Positions 24,995 through 37,458 of a DNA stretch of 64,000 bases are shown piece after piece; position 1 is the stretch's first letter; every line of letters begins with the position of its first letter. A program made the translations under genes and the position numbers. This DNA is from Blasia pusilla (taxonomy: Eukaryota): NCBI GenBank assembly GCA_050084515.1, contig CM114271.1:48422001-48486000 (forward strand), written 5' to 3'. The notes beneath the pieces are model-generated. The model saw only the letters and a list, made by a program, of their open reading frames with translations. It searched no databases and had not been told where the DNA came from.

Positions 24995-26806
24995 CTAAGC
25001 ATCAACAATAGGAGTCGTCACACTCGCTTCTCCCATCGCCCTCCGTGCGTGCACACCAACTCTCCAGGAACTCTGATCAGGACCCATCGATGGGGTCCTC
25101 ATTGCCTCGGACAACGTGAAAGACTGAGGAAGCGTAGTCTGTTTCCTGGCTTCCCCTCGCTGTGAATCTAACTCTGCGGTTGCCTCCATCTGGGCAACTC
25201 CGCACATCCAACCAGGATCCTCCATATCTCTGATTGCTCCATATGATGTCGATGCCACGGATCTGACATCGGGTAATCTCAATGCCATAGCGGAAATCTG
25301 CTCCTATAGCTGATGTATCTGAGCACCCATCCTAGCCTCACGCCCGACATCTCCCTCGACGCGTCTAGGTGGTGGGACTCTACCTCCTCCACAGGCAACT
25401 CCACCACCCTGTCAGGAAACTCCAGCTCCTTGTCCCCCAACGGGACCACTTGGTGCATAATCTCTAGGCCCACCTGGACTCGCTACTCGCTCTGGTGCCC
25501 TCTCTGGCCCTCGGTCCGGAGGTAACTCAGGATGTAAAATGAAACACTTGGCGCGTGTATGACCATACCTCTGACAATAGTCACACTGATCACCTCCTGG
25601 TGCAGCACCATCTCCTCCTCCATGCTGAGGCACACGTCCATGACCCTGATGAGTGCAATCGCGCTGATGATGGGCTCTACCATATGACCAAGAAGTAATA
25701 GTAGGTGGCTGCTGCTGAGCCGCATATGAAGGCGCAGGTCTATGTGGCACAGCCTCTCGGTATCCTCCGTGAGCTTGTGCTGCCATAGTCAACCTATCTT
25801 GGAGTCCACGTTGTTGTATAGGTAGTGTAGGCAATCGTGACAACTCTCGCCCTGAACCCATGGTGGCTATGCTCTCCTCCGCCATGTTGCGCTCAATGTT
25901 CTCGGCGGTCCTAAAAACATCTCTCAACATAGGGAGGTGTTTATAAGAAGCACCCCCTCCCGCACCGCAGGGTCCGATCCAGCATCGCGTACCATGACTG
26001 GATAGCCTAAGCCTCTGTCACCCCTGAGTGACGTTGATCAACCGGCGCAAGCGAGTGTAAACCTTACGCAAACTCTCACCCGGGCGCCTCTGGAAGTCGT
26101 GGATGCTCCGCAACTTCTCCGTCCGTACCCCTTGGTAGCTCGCCCTCAACTCAACAAAGAACTCAACCACGGGGTTGAACCTGGGACGAACCCGACTAGA
26201 TGGTGCAACTGCTCCAGTGCGAGTGACCCCTCCTAAAACATCACTAGTGGAAGAGGAAGTAGCCTCTCCTGACTCCTCCTCCTCATCTGGGAACGGCTCC
26301 GTCCATTACACATAGTGTGGATTGTAGTAGAGTCGGCATGCCTCAATCTCCTGGGCATATCTATGAGAGAACTCATGGTAATCGTCCATGGATGCCCCTT
26401 CTAAATGCTAGAACATACCGTTCCATGCTATAAACGGGTTGAACTCTCTAGAGTTCCTAGCCGGCTGTGAGTCACACCAATTCCTACACTCTGCAATGAA
26501 GTCATGTAGCTCTATGGTGCCTACAGCACCAGAAAACCCACGCGGTCCTCTACCCCGGTCATCCATCTCGTACGCCCAACTGGTAGGACCACTCAATGTG
26601 TACGGTGGATCACTAACACCCTCCTCTACACGCTCCCCCTCATCTGAAGATGAGATAGAAGGAGATCGAGGTGGTCTCTCACGTGGAGACCCTCGAAACC
26701 TCGCACCACTCCGGGTAAACCCTCTAGAGCTATTCTCAGGTCCACTCCCTCGCCTCTCAAAATCCTGAAAGGACGCCGTGATGGTCCTTGTGCCCCTCTC
26801 ACACAA
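24995..26806 (-). pseudogene. Gag of family B with zinc knuckle
   Basis: GFSGAVGTIELHDFIAECRNWCD...; CDYCQRYGHTRAKC (CX2CX3GHX4C) at about 25550-25590. Lies upstream of PR. Confidence 0.85.
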
Positions 26807-27689
26807 TCACTCCCAACCTCGCGAGTAATCCCTCAATCACTCATCCCAAACATGCGGCACTCGATCTACACTCTCCCTCCCCGAGACCTATAACGTGCGG
26901 CAACAAGCGGCGTGGTGCGGCAAATCGACCAGGCTATCATCTCATCAACAACCTACCCTCAACTTCGGACATCCCACATAGGTCTATGTCCCCTAAATCA
27001 CATACATAAATGATGCTCTCAGCATCTACGACCCAATATCCTCAAATAAACTACCCAAATCCCAGGATCCCTGACACGTGTAGGGTAAAGGACCAGAATA
27101 GGTAACCTGAACACATGTCGATGTCGCTCCTCAGCAATTGTAAATCTCGACCCCAACTCGGTCGTGGAGACAACTCCTCCAATCAGCAAGTCATACTCCT
27201 CTTGTACTGACGTTGCTCAAAACTCCTCGATAGATAGTGCGGTTCCAGCGGAACGGTGCGGCGTTGCAGGAGGCACAGAACGGCTACGAACGGCACGGCC
27301 CTCGATGGTGGGATGCGGCACTTGGCAGCATATCCTCCTCAATCAACAATAAATCCACACTCTGCTCCACAATGACGGTGCGGCTCCACGATCGAGATGG
27401 TGCGGTGCGGCCACGAGCAGCAATCGGCGGCACGTTGCGGCTACGGGCGTCACGGCATGGTACTCGATCATTGTCGAGCGGCTACCAATCACAACATAGC
27501 AGCATGAAATCAAAACTCAAACACCATAACTGGAGGTCATCTGCCATCACAGGTTGATGACGAAACTACGATGACAATGGCGGCCAAAACAAAATACGTG
27601 GTGGCGACGCAAGTCAGAGAATCAACAAACGTCGTGGAAGACCCTCCACTCCGTAACGGCGGCAATGGCAACCAAAGGGTGGACAACGG

Positions 27690-27830
27690 ACGATGGACCG
27701 TTGACGGTGACAGTTGACCGTTGATGGTGATGGCCGACCGGTGACTATGACCATTGACAGTGACGGTTGATCGTCAATGGTGATAGTTGAACATCGATGG
27801 CGGACTAATGATGGTGACTATGACGGCGAC
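27690..27830. repeat. Degenerate (TGACGG/TGACCG)-like hexamer repeat in the 5' leader
   Basis: gaccgttgacggtgacagttgaccgttgatggtgatggccgaccggtgactatgaccattgacagtgacggttga. Confidence 0.7.
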
Positions 27831-30434
27831 GGCCGCCGCCAGTGTGGCGGCTGGTTTAGGGTTTGAACAATTTAACCCTAAAAATTGTTTAGCAATGGCA
27901 GTTTTGCAAGATTGACCATAACTTTTTCCTTGCAACTCTAAATTGCATTCTGTTTGTTGCATAGTGTGCACAGCTTCACGATCTACAATAGCATTAAAAA
28001 ATATTTAGAATCGGACATTCCAGTAAAAATTGACGGGGAATGTCTTAAAGCCCAATGTCTCTTTCTTCTACACAAAATTTGGCAGCGCTTCCGCGATGAT
28101 TTCTCCCAATGAAAATGTAAAACCTACAAAAATACAAATCAGCAAGCTACATAGGGCTCTCGAGAGCACCGGCATGGGGCAACCCGTCCCAATAATCAAT
28201 CCCTATCAAAAATTGGGCAGCGCTTTCGCGCGCCACTCTTCCACACGAAAAATCGGCAAATGCAAAGAACAATCAAAGCAGCCCTTTCTCCAGTGAGCAC
28301 TCCCATGAGCCGTTGAATGGGGAACATGGTCCCTAACGTGCAAAAACAGCGAGTGACCTGCAAGCTCCCCCATGAAGCTCTCTCACTCTCTCATTCTCTC
28401 ATTCTCTCTTTGTAAAGTAAGATCCAATCTCTCTCTACACCATCTCATACCATAGCTCTCAAAGGTGTGCACTCTCTCTCTCATGTAAAACCAAACCCAC
28501 TCTCCTAATGAGAGGCTTGGGTTACACTCACAAGGCAAGGGACCAAAGCTCCGCCGCCTCATGCCAAGAGGTTCAAAGCAAAGAGAGAATGAGTTCTCAA
28601 GCTCTCTCTCCTTGAGGTATACCCCTCCCCTCTCCCAAGTTCTCTCCATGGTAACCTATTCTCCCAAGTCACCTCCTTGGCTCTTGACCTGATGTAGGAG
28701 GTCAAGGGTCACTTACCAAAAATAGAAAGTTGATCATATACTCAAAATGGTACTTACCTAAAATAGTAAGTTCCTCAATATGGCTCCAAATGAGCCGAAA
28801 CGAAGGGGAAACCTGCTCTCTCAGGTTTCCCGGGGCCTCAGCAGGTCATCCTCAACCTATTGAGCCTGTCTTCTACTACTCATGAAGGCGCTCTACTAGA
28901 TCTCACCGATCTATCCTAAAAGACGTGACAAATATCTAAGACATCCTAATGACTAGAGCTCGGCCTCTCGAGAGTTGCCGTCTCTTCCTCTGGCTCTTGG
29001 TCCGTCATTAGTTCATCTCTTGGATTTTTTTGCTTGACTGTGCGCTTCCTTCGTTCTTTGCACTCGATTGCCATCTTCAAGCGCTCGGTCACATCTTAGT
29101 AGCTGATAAGTAGAGATCTATTGCACCAACGGCATAGAGAGCCAGCGGACTGTCTTGAGTGTTACTTTGTTTTGAGGTGTTGGATGAGGTTGAGGATAGG
29201 TCCATTTTTTTAGGAATGTCATTTCTGGTGACTTTCCTATTTTGGTCTTTGACAACCGGGTGACTTGTTGAGCAGGTCATCCGCCCCTGATAACCTATAC
29301 GCGCAAGTTACTTGGAGGATTTCTAGGGTCAGAGTCTTTTGGCTCTTCCCAAAGCCATATTTCTCATGTTGGGTCGTTGGAGCACCTCTCTTGCTCATGT
29401 GTGAGGTAGGAACTAGAGTGCTACACAACTAGCGTGCGGATTCCTTCATAGTAGAGGGTGGACGAGGCTCAATATGTTGATGTAGATTCAAGAATGGAGT
29501 TTTAGGCTAGGTGTGTCGGTATTACTTTTCTTTTTATATGAGAAAGATGCGAGGGAGTAGGGGGACTCGTTGTTTGCAAGTAGGCAAGGGATTTGCCTTG
29601 GTTAGGAGCCCCTAGAGATGTAGGTTGGCATTTTTCTTTGGTAGTATTTTTGTTTGGAAGGCCGTGCAAGGAAGCGTTGTCTATTTTTTGTATTTTTTTT
29701 GGTGCCGGTTGACGGGGGATAGAAGTTGGGTGTGGCGGCAAACGGTTACGAATGAGTAACGGGAAAGGTTGGGAAACAGAGAGAGAATTTCATGTCTTGG
29801 GGCAGTTGTTTAGTAAATTGGCTAGGACTAGGTTACAAGAACCTTACTCTAATCACAAGCGGGAGAGTCTCAAAGGGGAGCGTGTAGCTTCAAAGGCGGG
29901 GCAAAGAGAAGGTGCAGTTGAACAAGGTCTTAGCTTGCGCACCACAATGAGACGGATGGAAGGAGCCACGCCATGGAACAGTACATGGCTGGGAGCTGGA
30001 GAACACAACCCCGCCGTGTGTAGAGAGGAAGGAGTCACAAGCGAGGTGCATCCATAGGGACGTGTACCGGAGGCTGAGTAAATGAAGGCACTAAGGCTCC
30101 AGAGGGAGCTATGCCTCTGGATGAGCACAACTACAATCGGGGTACAGATGTGGGTGTATATGGGGTCGGAGTAGCAGAGCGGTAGGGCAAAAGAGGCACT
30201 GCAAGTCGAAAGCAAGAACAGGAAGGGTCACGGACGGAAAGAGAGCTACCACGAGCCAATTGGGAAGGAGTTGCAGATTTGGAGGTAGCCACGTGGAGAC
30301 AAAGTTGCGTCTAGAGGGAAGCATGTCCGAGTACGTGCCAGGATAGATAGGGGTTTATGGATAGGAGTTTGGAGTGAGGAAGGGAAATTGGGAGCAGTCG
30401 GGCTTGTGGGACGGCAAATGTAGCCGTTGGCTAC

Positions 30435-30764
30435 CTAGCGCTGGGTAGCGGGGTTGAGGCGGGCCTCTTGTATAGGGCCGTGTGCCCTATACAAGAGGCC
30501 CGCCTCAACCGGGAGTTTGGGGCAATTTCCGGGGAGAACCGGGGTTTTGTGTTGAGCTCGCCGGAAGAATTTGAAAATTTCCGATTCAATTTGTCACTTA
30601 CCGGCCAAAAACCCAGGATTCAGGGAGGGTGTCCTTTGTATTCGTATCCGTTTAGCCAGCTGGAATGACGAAATCTTCAAAAATTGCCGCCCGGTTTTGT
30701 AGAGATCGGAAATGTACCGGTTGTCATAAAAAAACTCCCCGGACCCTGGTTTGGGGTGCGCTAG
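30435..30764. repeat. Small fold-back element with a perfect 27-bp hairpin, interrupted by a hAT MITE
   Basis: Stem 30452-30478 / 30484-30510 with a 5-nt loop. Outer ends are ctagcgc...gcgctag. Confidence 0.7.
30523..30748. mobile_element. hAT-type MITE (226 bp)
   Basis: 8-bp TSD gtttgggg (30515-30522, 30749-30756). Imperfect TIRs caatttccggggag / ctccccggaccctg. Confidence 0.82.
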
Positions 30765-31072
30765 CCTAGCTGTGAAGCCGAGAGAGTGCCAAGGGAGTGA
30801 AGACAACCAAGTGAAAAATATAGACGTAGTCCGACACTAGTGGGCCCGACCTGCATAGGGTGACGTGTAGAAATGGGACGAAGTACGTATGCGTGTCTTG
30901 AAGGGCGATAGATCAAGTGCTAGGTTTGGCCTTATAAAAAACGCCACATCAGGATCCGTTATCACAACCATGTTATTAGGAGGGTGTGGAGAAGATACAA
31001 TGGCTGGGGGAGCTTGCGCCAAAATAAGGGCATCCAAGATTCCAGGGTTTAGGCCTTTAGGGTAGTCCGGGT

Positions 31073-31289
31073 CAGTGCTCGGCAAGGATTTTGACGCATA
31101 CCGGTACTTTTCCAAGAGAAAGATCAAGGTAGTCGGCAATTTCATCATTGAAGCTGGTTTTTTTTTAATTTAACAAAGAAAACCTACTTTTCATGTTGGG
31201 AATTTTCCTAAAGTTTCACATTTGAATCGGAAATCACACATTCTCAACCGGCTGCTTTTACAAAGAATGCCGGTTCTTGCCGAGCATTG
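31073..31289. mobile_element. hAT-type MITE (217 bp)
   Basis: 14-bp TIRs cagtgctcggcaag / cttgccgagcattg and perfect 8-bp TSD gtccgggt. Confidence 0.9.
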
Positions 31290-31974
31290 GTCCGGGTCCA
31301 CACACGTAGGAGTGAAAGAAACGTCGGTGGATAGGAGGTAGCGAGAGTTATTGCTAAGTAGAAAGGAGGGGGGAGTAGCCAGAAGCTGTCGGAGAGATGG
31401 AACCAGTACCTGGTACGTGGTACATGCGGGGCTGCATAGGATAGCGAGCCGGAGCGTTGAGTGTGCAGAGTTGCGGGCCAAGAGGTGTCGTGCGAGCACA
31501 AGGGGTCATGGAGCATCGGGCCGTGCCAAGCGAGTATGAGGACGGGAGGAGGGAAAGCTATGGCTGGTAGCGTCTGGGAAAGGCGTATAGGTATGCGCGC
31601 CCACGCAGGAGCTGCGGTACTGAACAAGGCGTGCATTAAGAGCGCATAAGGCCGCATGTGAACGTAGTAGGGTTGACGTGGTATCATCACTTCGTGTTTG
31701 GGGCTAATCTGGTACAGTCAAATGTGGTTGCACCGAGCATTAAGCATGGTAGGTATTATGGTCACACGGTTGAACCGGGTTTTGATTTGTGATGGGGTGT
31801 TATTGATGGAGACAGGTAGTTCGCACACGCTGACGGGAGGTTTGATGTGTTGTTCGAGGAGAGTGTTATCCCGTAGAGGTTGCCGCACTACATGGAGGAG
31901 TATGTGTTGACCATGAAATAGATTGATGGCGGTCATGTTCAAGTTACCCATTCAAGTCTCTTTTCCCACACTTG

Positions 31975-34900
31975 TGTTGTGTCATTGAGGGTATTCGGTA
32001 CCGGGTAGTAGTTGGTGCTAGGTGGGGATGGTGATGAGTGTAGTCTCCATGCATATATAGCATGCTTGTGGATATATAACGGTTGCCGAGGAGGGGTCGC
32101 ATGTATGACCGGAGAGAGGGAGTGAGTAGTTTAGGTGAGCTAGTAGGGAGGCTTAGGGTGAGCTAAGTGGGAGACTCTTGGTGAGTCTGAGTGATTGAAC
32201 GTGTGAGGCAAGATTGTCATTATGGTTTACTTCTAGGGTTTGGAAGATCGGAGTAATGCAAGCAGTAGTAGTGGTGTGACATGGAGTGGCGTGAGGTATC
32301 AAGGGGTTTCTAGTGAGGAACCATCCCGAAACCTATTCGTGGCTGGATGGTCATCACTAGACAACGGATCTAGTGACAATATTGCATACAGAGATAGTGT
32401 CACGTGGGGAGAGATAGACGATATGGGCCATCGGGGCATGCGTCATTTCTTTAGTGCAGTAGGCACCATAGATCTAGATGACTTCATCCTGGAGTTCGAC
32501 ACTTGGTACGACTTCCAAGAAATACGGACCCCTATACGGTTCTACCCTTTTATGGCGTGGAAGGGTTTGCTCCAGCATCTAGAGGGTCCTCTGATGGATG
32601 ATTACATTGAGTTCAGATCTTTACAATCATTAGAGATCGATGCCTAGAGGATGTATTGGGCTCCACGGTATGTATCCACTAGGGGCCGAAAGGCATATGA
32701 TGAGATAGTGAAGACAGAGAGACCTACACCATCAGCCCAAGGATAGTAGTGAGGATGGTGAGGTGGTAGAGACCTGTGGTGATAGAGGGCCACCTAGTTT
32801 CAGTCCTAAATTGAAGTTCTTCCAACATTTGGGGAGGAGCTACCAGGGCGTGCCGACGGACCAGCTGAAGAGTCTACAGGATTTTCAATGGAGATCGGAT
32901 GACAATCCGAGAGAGGCGTTCACGCACATGCAATGACTCTTCATTGCCACATATGGGGTGACTAAAGCACAGCAAGCATAGTATTAGTACGGGGTGCTGG
33001 ACCATGAGCTAAGGAGGAGAGTCTAGCATGCAATGTTGCTTCACACGTAGAAGCCCACAATGAAGGTGGTCTTGAAGTTGTTTGAGCGGGTAGAGCTCAA
33101 CATGAGTGAGGAGCATGTGGTGATCATGGGATTTTCATGAGATTCAATGGATTCACGAGTAGTAGTAACCTCACAAGTGTCTCTGTATGCACCAATACCA
33201 AGGGAGCGAGCCGGCGAGCCAAGAGAGCACAACGGGTATCGTGAGTCGATGAGGCAATGATCCGCATCAACATATGTTATATTACCCAGCAAGGACAAGG
33301 GTTGGCTTGTTGGATGCGTGAGGGACTGCCCACATAGAGGTAGAGGGGCCGAAGGCGCCTCTGATTACTCGATCGAGAGCCACCTCGGATGGCCCCAACA
33401 TAGTTGCAGTATGATCATTGTGATCGATATGGTCACACTAGGGATATGTGTTTTGATCTTTGCCTAGAGGTACGTCCAAAAATAGGCAAAGGATCAAGGG
33501 GCGAGAGAGCTAGTGGAGATCGAGTAGTTGACAATCATGGTTGTAGAGTTCCACCACCAGTCGAGGGAGATGAAGGACATGTATCGGATGGAGTGTTCCT
33601 CACTCGCATCGATTAGTTGGAGTAGAGGATTGTTGCCATGATGATGATGATGTAGGTAGGGACAAGAACAGAGCCGACAGTAGCTAGTGTGGCTCCAACC
33701 TCCACATCGTATCGGGATACCGGGGAGGATTATACGGGATTGAGGTTAATGTGTAGTACGGCTCAGGTAGAGGCTGTTGCGGTGGTCACTCGGGGTGCTA
33801 CAAGATGACTGAGCCATTGAGAGGTGGGGTGGAGATCAATCCACAAGAGGGGACCAATGGGCAGCAGGCCTAGGTTCCTTTGTTGTTCACGTTGTCAGGG
33901 GCAATTCACACACCATTGATGATTCCTCGATGACCAATGGTGCCCATAGGTGAGGCAGGTATGTCAACGTCATGAGGAGTTGGAGAGATGATTCCTATGT
34001 TGGCTTGTGTGGAGCTAGTATCGACTTCATTATTGGAGGTGGCCATTAGGGTGAGCCAGGCTCTATTTTTTTCCGCCATGGAGTTGGCGACAATGGGAGT
34101 TGGACCAGCGAAGGTGTTATGGCTCGCTGCTATGTTGTGTGAGCATGGAGAGGTGACTGCTTCTCATTTAGAGATAGTTGTTGAGGAGGTGGTGGACATG
34201 CCCTCAGAGCATGTGCTCGAGAGGTCCCCCATGTCACTTCGTCATGGCATGCTACAGCAACAAAGTTGATAGATATGCCAACTAGACCAGCGATAGAGCG
34301 AGCCATGATCACACTAGGTGTAGTGTTCTTGGATAACCAAGCTAGAGTGTTTTGCTTGGTTAGTCTCAGAGGTATGGTATCCACTGCGCATCCTACTTGA
34401 TTCGGGAGCGCAACCCTTGATGTTAAGGAAGGTGACGTGTTTGGCATTGGAGTTACCAAAAGGCGACATTGAACGTTGTTCCTTTCAGATATAGACCTCT
34501 ATTGGGGGCCTATCACCCACACAATACATGACTTGACAAGAGTTAATGGTTAGACTCCAACTAGAGCATGAGAAGGATATTGCGATGGTAAGCATTCGGA
34601 AATTACAACACCGGCAGAGTCGTATGATGTGTTGGTAGGGAGTACGGTATTGTATCCCCTTGGTTTCATTCTGAATTTTTGTGAGGAGAGGATTTCTTCT
34701 TGGCTAGGATGGTGATCAAGTGATGGACGGGTGAGCCATCTACTGATGTAGTTTGGAGGGGGTAGTAGTGGTCGACCACGCGAGGATACGGTGACCACGT
34801 TGGCAACATTCACAAGTGATGTTAGCCTATCAGGAGAGTTGTTGGAGAGAAGCACACATATGGAGGAAATTCTTGTAGCCGATCGTCCCACAAAGAGACA

Positions 34901-35417
34901 TGCCAAGGTAGGTATCTCTTCCCATAGTGCGGAGATTTCTTTACCATTGTTGGGTATGAGCAAGGATTGCAGACGAGCTTGTGAGGCATGCGTTGGGTTG
35001 TGCCTATGTCTTGGACCCAATAGATTAGATGAAGGTCATGCTCTTGGGTGGAGACTTCATATCTTTGGATACCACACATGTTGTGTGGCAACGTTTGGAG
35101 CAGGGTATAAGAGTGTTAGATCTCTTTGGGGGCATCAACACAACGGGTATTTGCAATGTTGCAGTGTTGTGGGGATGACGGCACTGATGGTGCTAGATGT
35201 ATATAGGACAATAGATCATGTTGGATATATATGTGTGAACTATTTGGAGTTGGCGCCGGGGATCCAACAACCAGCTAGGGGGACTGTTGGGTTATCTCAA
35301 TCGTGAGTTAATTTTTGTACATGTGTGGATCTACCCGTATGTTGGGGAAGATGGGTTTTTTGTGGTGTGGATATGGCCAGCAATGTGTATTGTGTAGCGA
35401 TGCGTATGCGCACAACA
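31975..35417 (+). mobile_element. Old, internally deleted relative of family B (gag, PR, start of DNMT, then 3' end)
   Basis: Gag GTIDLDDFILEFDTW...FMAWKGL; knuckle CDRYGHTRDMC; LLDSGAQPLML at about 34390; GIRVLDLFGGIN at about 35105. Then ccagctaggggg and a Y-like end ...tgtagcgatgcgtatgcgcacaaca. Left boundary approximate. Confidence 0.82.
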
Positions 35418-35561
35418 ACTCGCCTCTTCAAATCTCCTCATTGTTTCTTGCATCCCTCCCCAAGCGTCTAGGTCTCACTGCTACCTTGAGTTCTCCCCAA
35501 GCGTCCAATTGCTCCTACAGCCTCAAGTTCTCACTTACCAAGGATTTTCTCTGATACCGCA

Positions 35562-36566
35562 TGTCGTGCGCCTACTTCTCTTGAATGTCAATCTTTAGTG
35601 TTGTGGAATCGTACGTTCTTTGGGACACGCTCTCATCATCGATTGGCACCCACACACACTCACGTTAGTTTGGTTTGGGTCAATCGGCCTTCCAACCCGC
35701 CGAGTTCTCAACTTGACACTTATCAAACTCAACCTTCCCTAATTCCTAGCTTCCTAACACGGAAAGTCTTCCGAGACTTGGGACAGACTTTCTAGTTATT
35801 CTAGGCACCTAAAACGATGTCCGCGCACCTCGCAATCCCAAGTGTCCAATGGAGCCTTGCATGAGACCCAACAATATGAGTCGCGAGTTGGAATCCAAAC
35901 AAGGACCTCCGAAATCTACTCTATTGGACTTGGTTTGGGTTTCAATTCCCAACGCCAAAACTTCAGTTCCATTTTGTGTCCTTAGGTGGCCCCGCGGTGC
36001 CCAAAAGTGGAGTTTGAGTACCAATCACTCTTGGAGACCTTCCCCTTTACTAGTACTTATGGAGATCTCCGCCCTCCCCCTACCTTTGGGGAAGAGACAC
36101 TGGGGCCTCTCTTTTTGGCCCTCAACCCAACTCCCTGTATGGTCATTTTCGGCCAATATCTTAGCCTTTGCTCGTGCGTTTCTGAGGTCTTTGGTGCGTT
36201 GGAACTAAATTTTCATAAGGTTTCCAATGCCATGTTACTTGTTCCAAATTCATCTTGGGAATAAAATTTATGGTTGAAAATACATTCAAAACCCCAAACG
36301 CTAGTCACATTTCAAATCCGATTCTCACCTCTTAGGCAACCAACCATCCTAGACTCAAATCCTCTCAAGTCTTGGTTCACGTTTGGTCCAGGTTTCCTAG
36401 TCACGACCATAAACACATGAAATGCTCAACCTTGTTTGCGTCTCATCTTGTGTGTCTCTTGCATCTCTTCCAAGAGACGACTCCAACGCGCAAAACCATT
36501 CTAGCTTGAGCCCGCTAGAGTTCATATGTTCCGCTCGCCGCTCGTTTGGTTATGAGGGCCGCAACA
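35562..36566 (-). mobile_element. LTR family C, probable 5' LTR with adjacent tRNA-iMet-like PBS
   Basis: Homologous along its length to 6048-7088. Preceded on + by ctctgataccgca (- strand tgcggtatcagag, versus canonical tggtatcagag). Confidence 0.82.
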
Positions 36567-36698
36567 GAAAATCTCTTCAAAATAAATGATATATTTGGGT
36601 TGACAAGATTTTCCTCTCTCCTCTCTCTTCTCTCCTCTCTTCCACTCCTCTTACCACTCCTCCTTTAGAATATCGATTGCACTAGGGGAGATCCGGAT

Positions 36699-37458
36699 TT
36701 GGAACATGACTAGCATTGGGGGTTTCAATTGTATTTAGTCTTAAGATGCGTTTGGGAAAAGTAAGCTAGCGTTGGAAATCATATGCAAAGCCGGTTCCAA
36801 CGCACTTGAGATCTTAGCAAATGCACAAGTAAGGACTCAGAAACTTCCCAAAAATGACTATATGGGGAGTTGGGTTGAGGGCCGAAAAGAGGGGCCCGAG
36901 AGTGTTTTCCCAAAAGATAGGGGAAGGGTGGAGAACTCCAAAAGTATTGGTAAGTTCAAGTCCCAAGTCCTCTCAAAGAGTGCTTGGGACTCGAATCCCA
37001 CTTTGGGACACCGCGGGGTGAAGTAAAGGCACGAAATGGATCAGGAGTTTGGCGTTGGGATTCGAAACCCGAACCAAGTCCAATAGAGTGAATTTCAAGG
37101 GCCCTATTGGAATCCAACCCATGACTCATTTAGGTGTGTCTTGGTTTGGGGCTCATGTGAGCTTAGTCTATTGGAAAATTGGGACCGCTACGCGTACGAA
37201 CGTCATTTTAGGTGCTTGGAATAACCAAAAAGTCTGTCCCAAGTCTTGGAAGCCTTTCCTGTGTTGGGACGTGAGGAACTAGGAAGGTTGAACTTGATGA
37301 GATTTCGAGTTCAGAACTCTATGGGTTGTAAGGTTGATCGACCTAGTCCAAACTAGCATGACTATATTTGGATGTAGATCAATAATGAGAGCGTATCCTA
37401 CCAAACTTACTCTTCAGAAATAATAGAGATTGACGTTCAAGGGGAGTATGCGCATAAA
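36699..37458 (+). repeat. Partial, diverged LTR family C in the opposite orientation
   Basis: e.g. aaaagtctgtcccaagtct and agattgacgttcaaggggagtatgcgca are reverse complements of family C segments. Confidence 0.82.

Larger units (their letters stand above)
15101..28930 (-). mobile_element. Ty3/Gypsy-type retrotransposon, family B (DNMT + PHD), with split terminal repeats, an internal duplication and nested insertions
   Basis: 5' repeat X 28413-28930; then gag, PR, DNMT, RT, RH, IN, PHD; then 3' Y (15680-15807), at, X (15173-15677), Y (15101-15172, shortened). No TSD found. Confidence 0.9.

Noticed and set aside
15101-28930. Classification as DIRS/Ngaro because of the split repeats
   Set aside because: No tyrosine recombinase seen. 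The element has an aspartic protease and a DDE integrase in Gypsy order.
30430-30512. Helitron 3' end (hairpin + CTAG)
   Set aside because: The CTAG is not followed by T, no TC 5' end was found, and the symmetric ends fit a fold-back element better.
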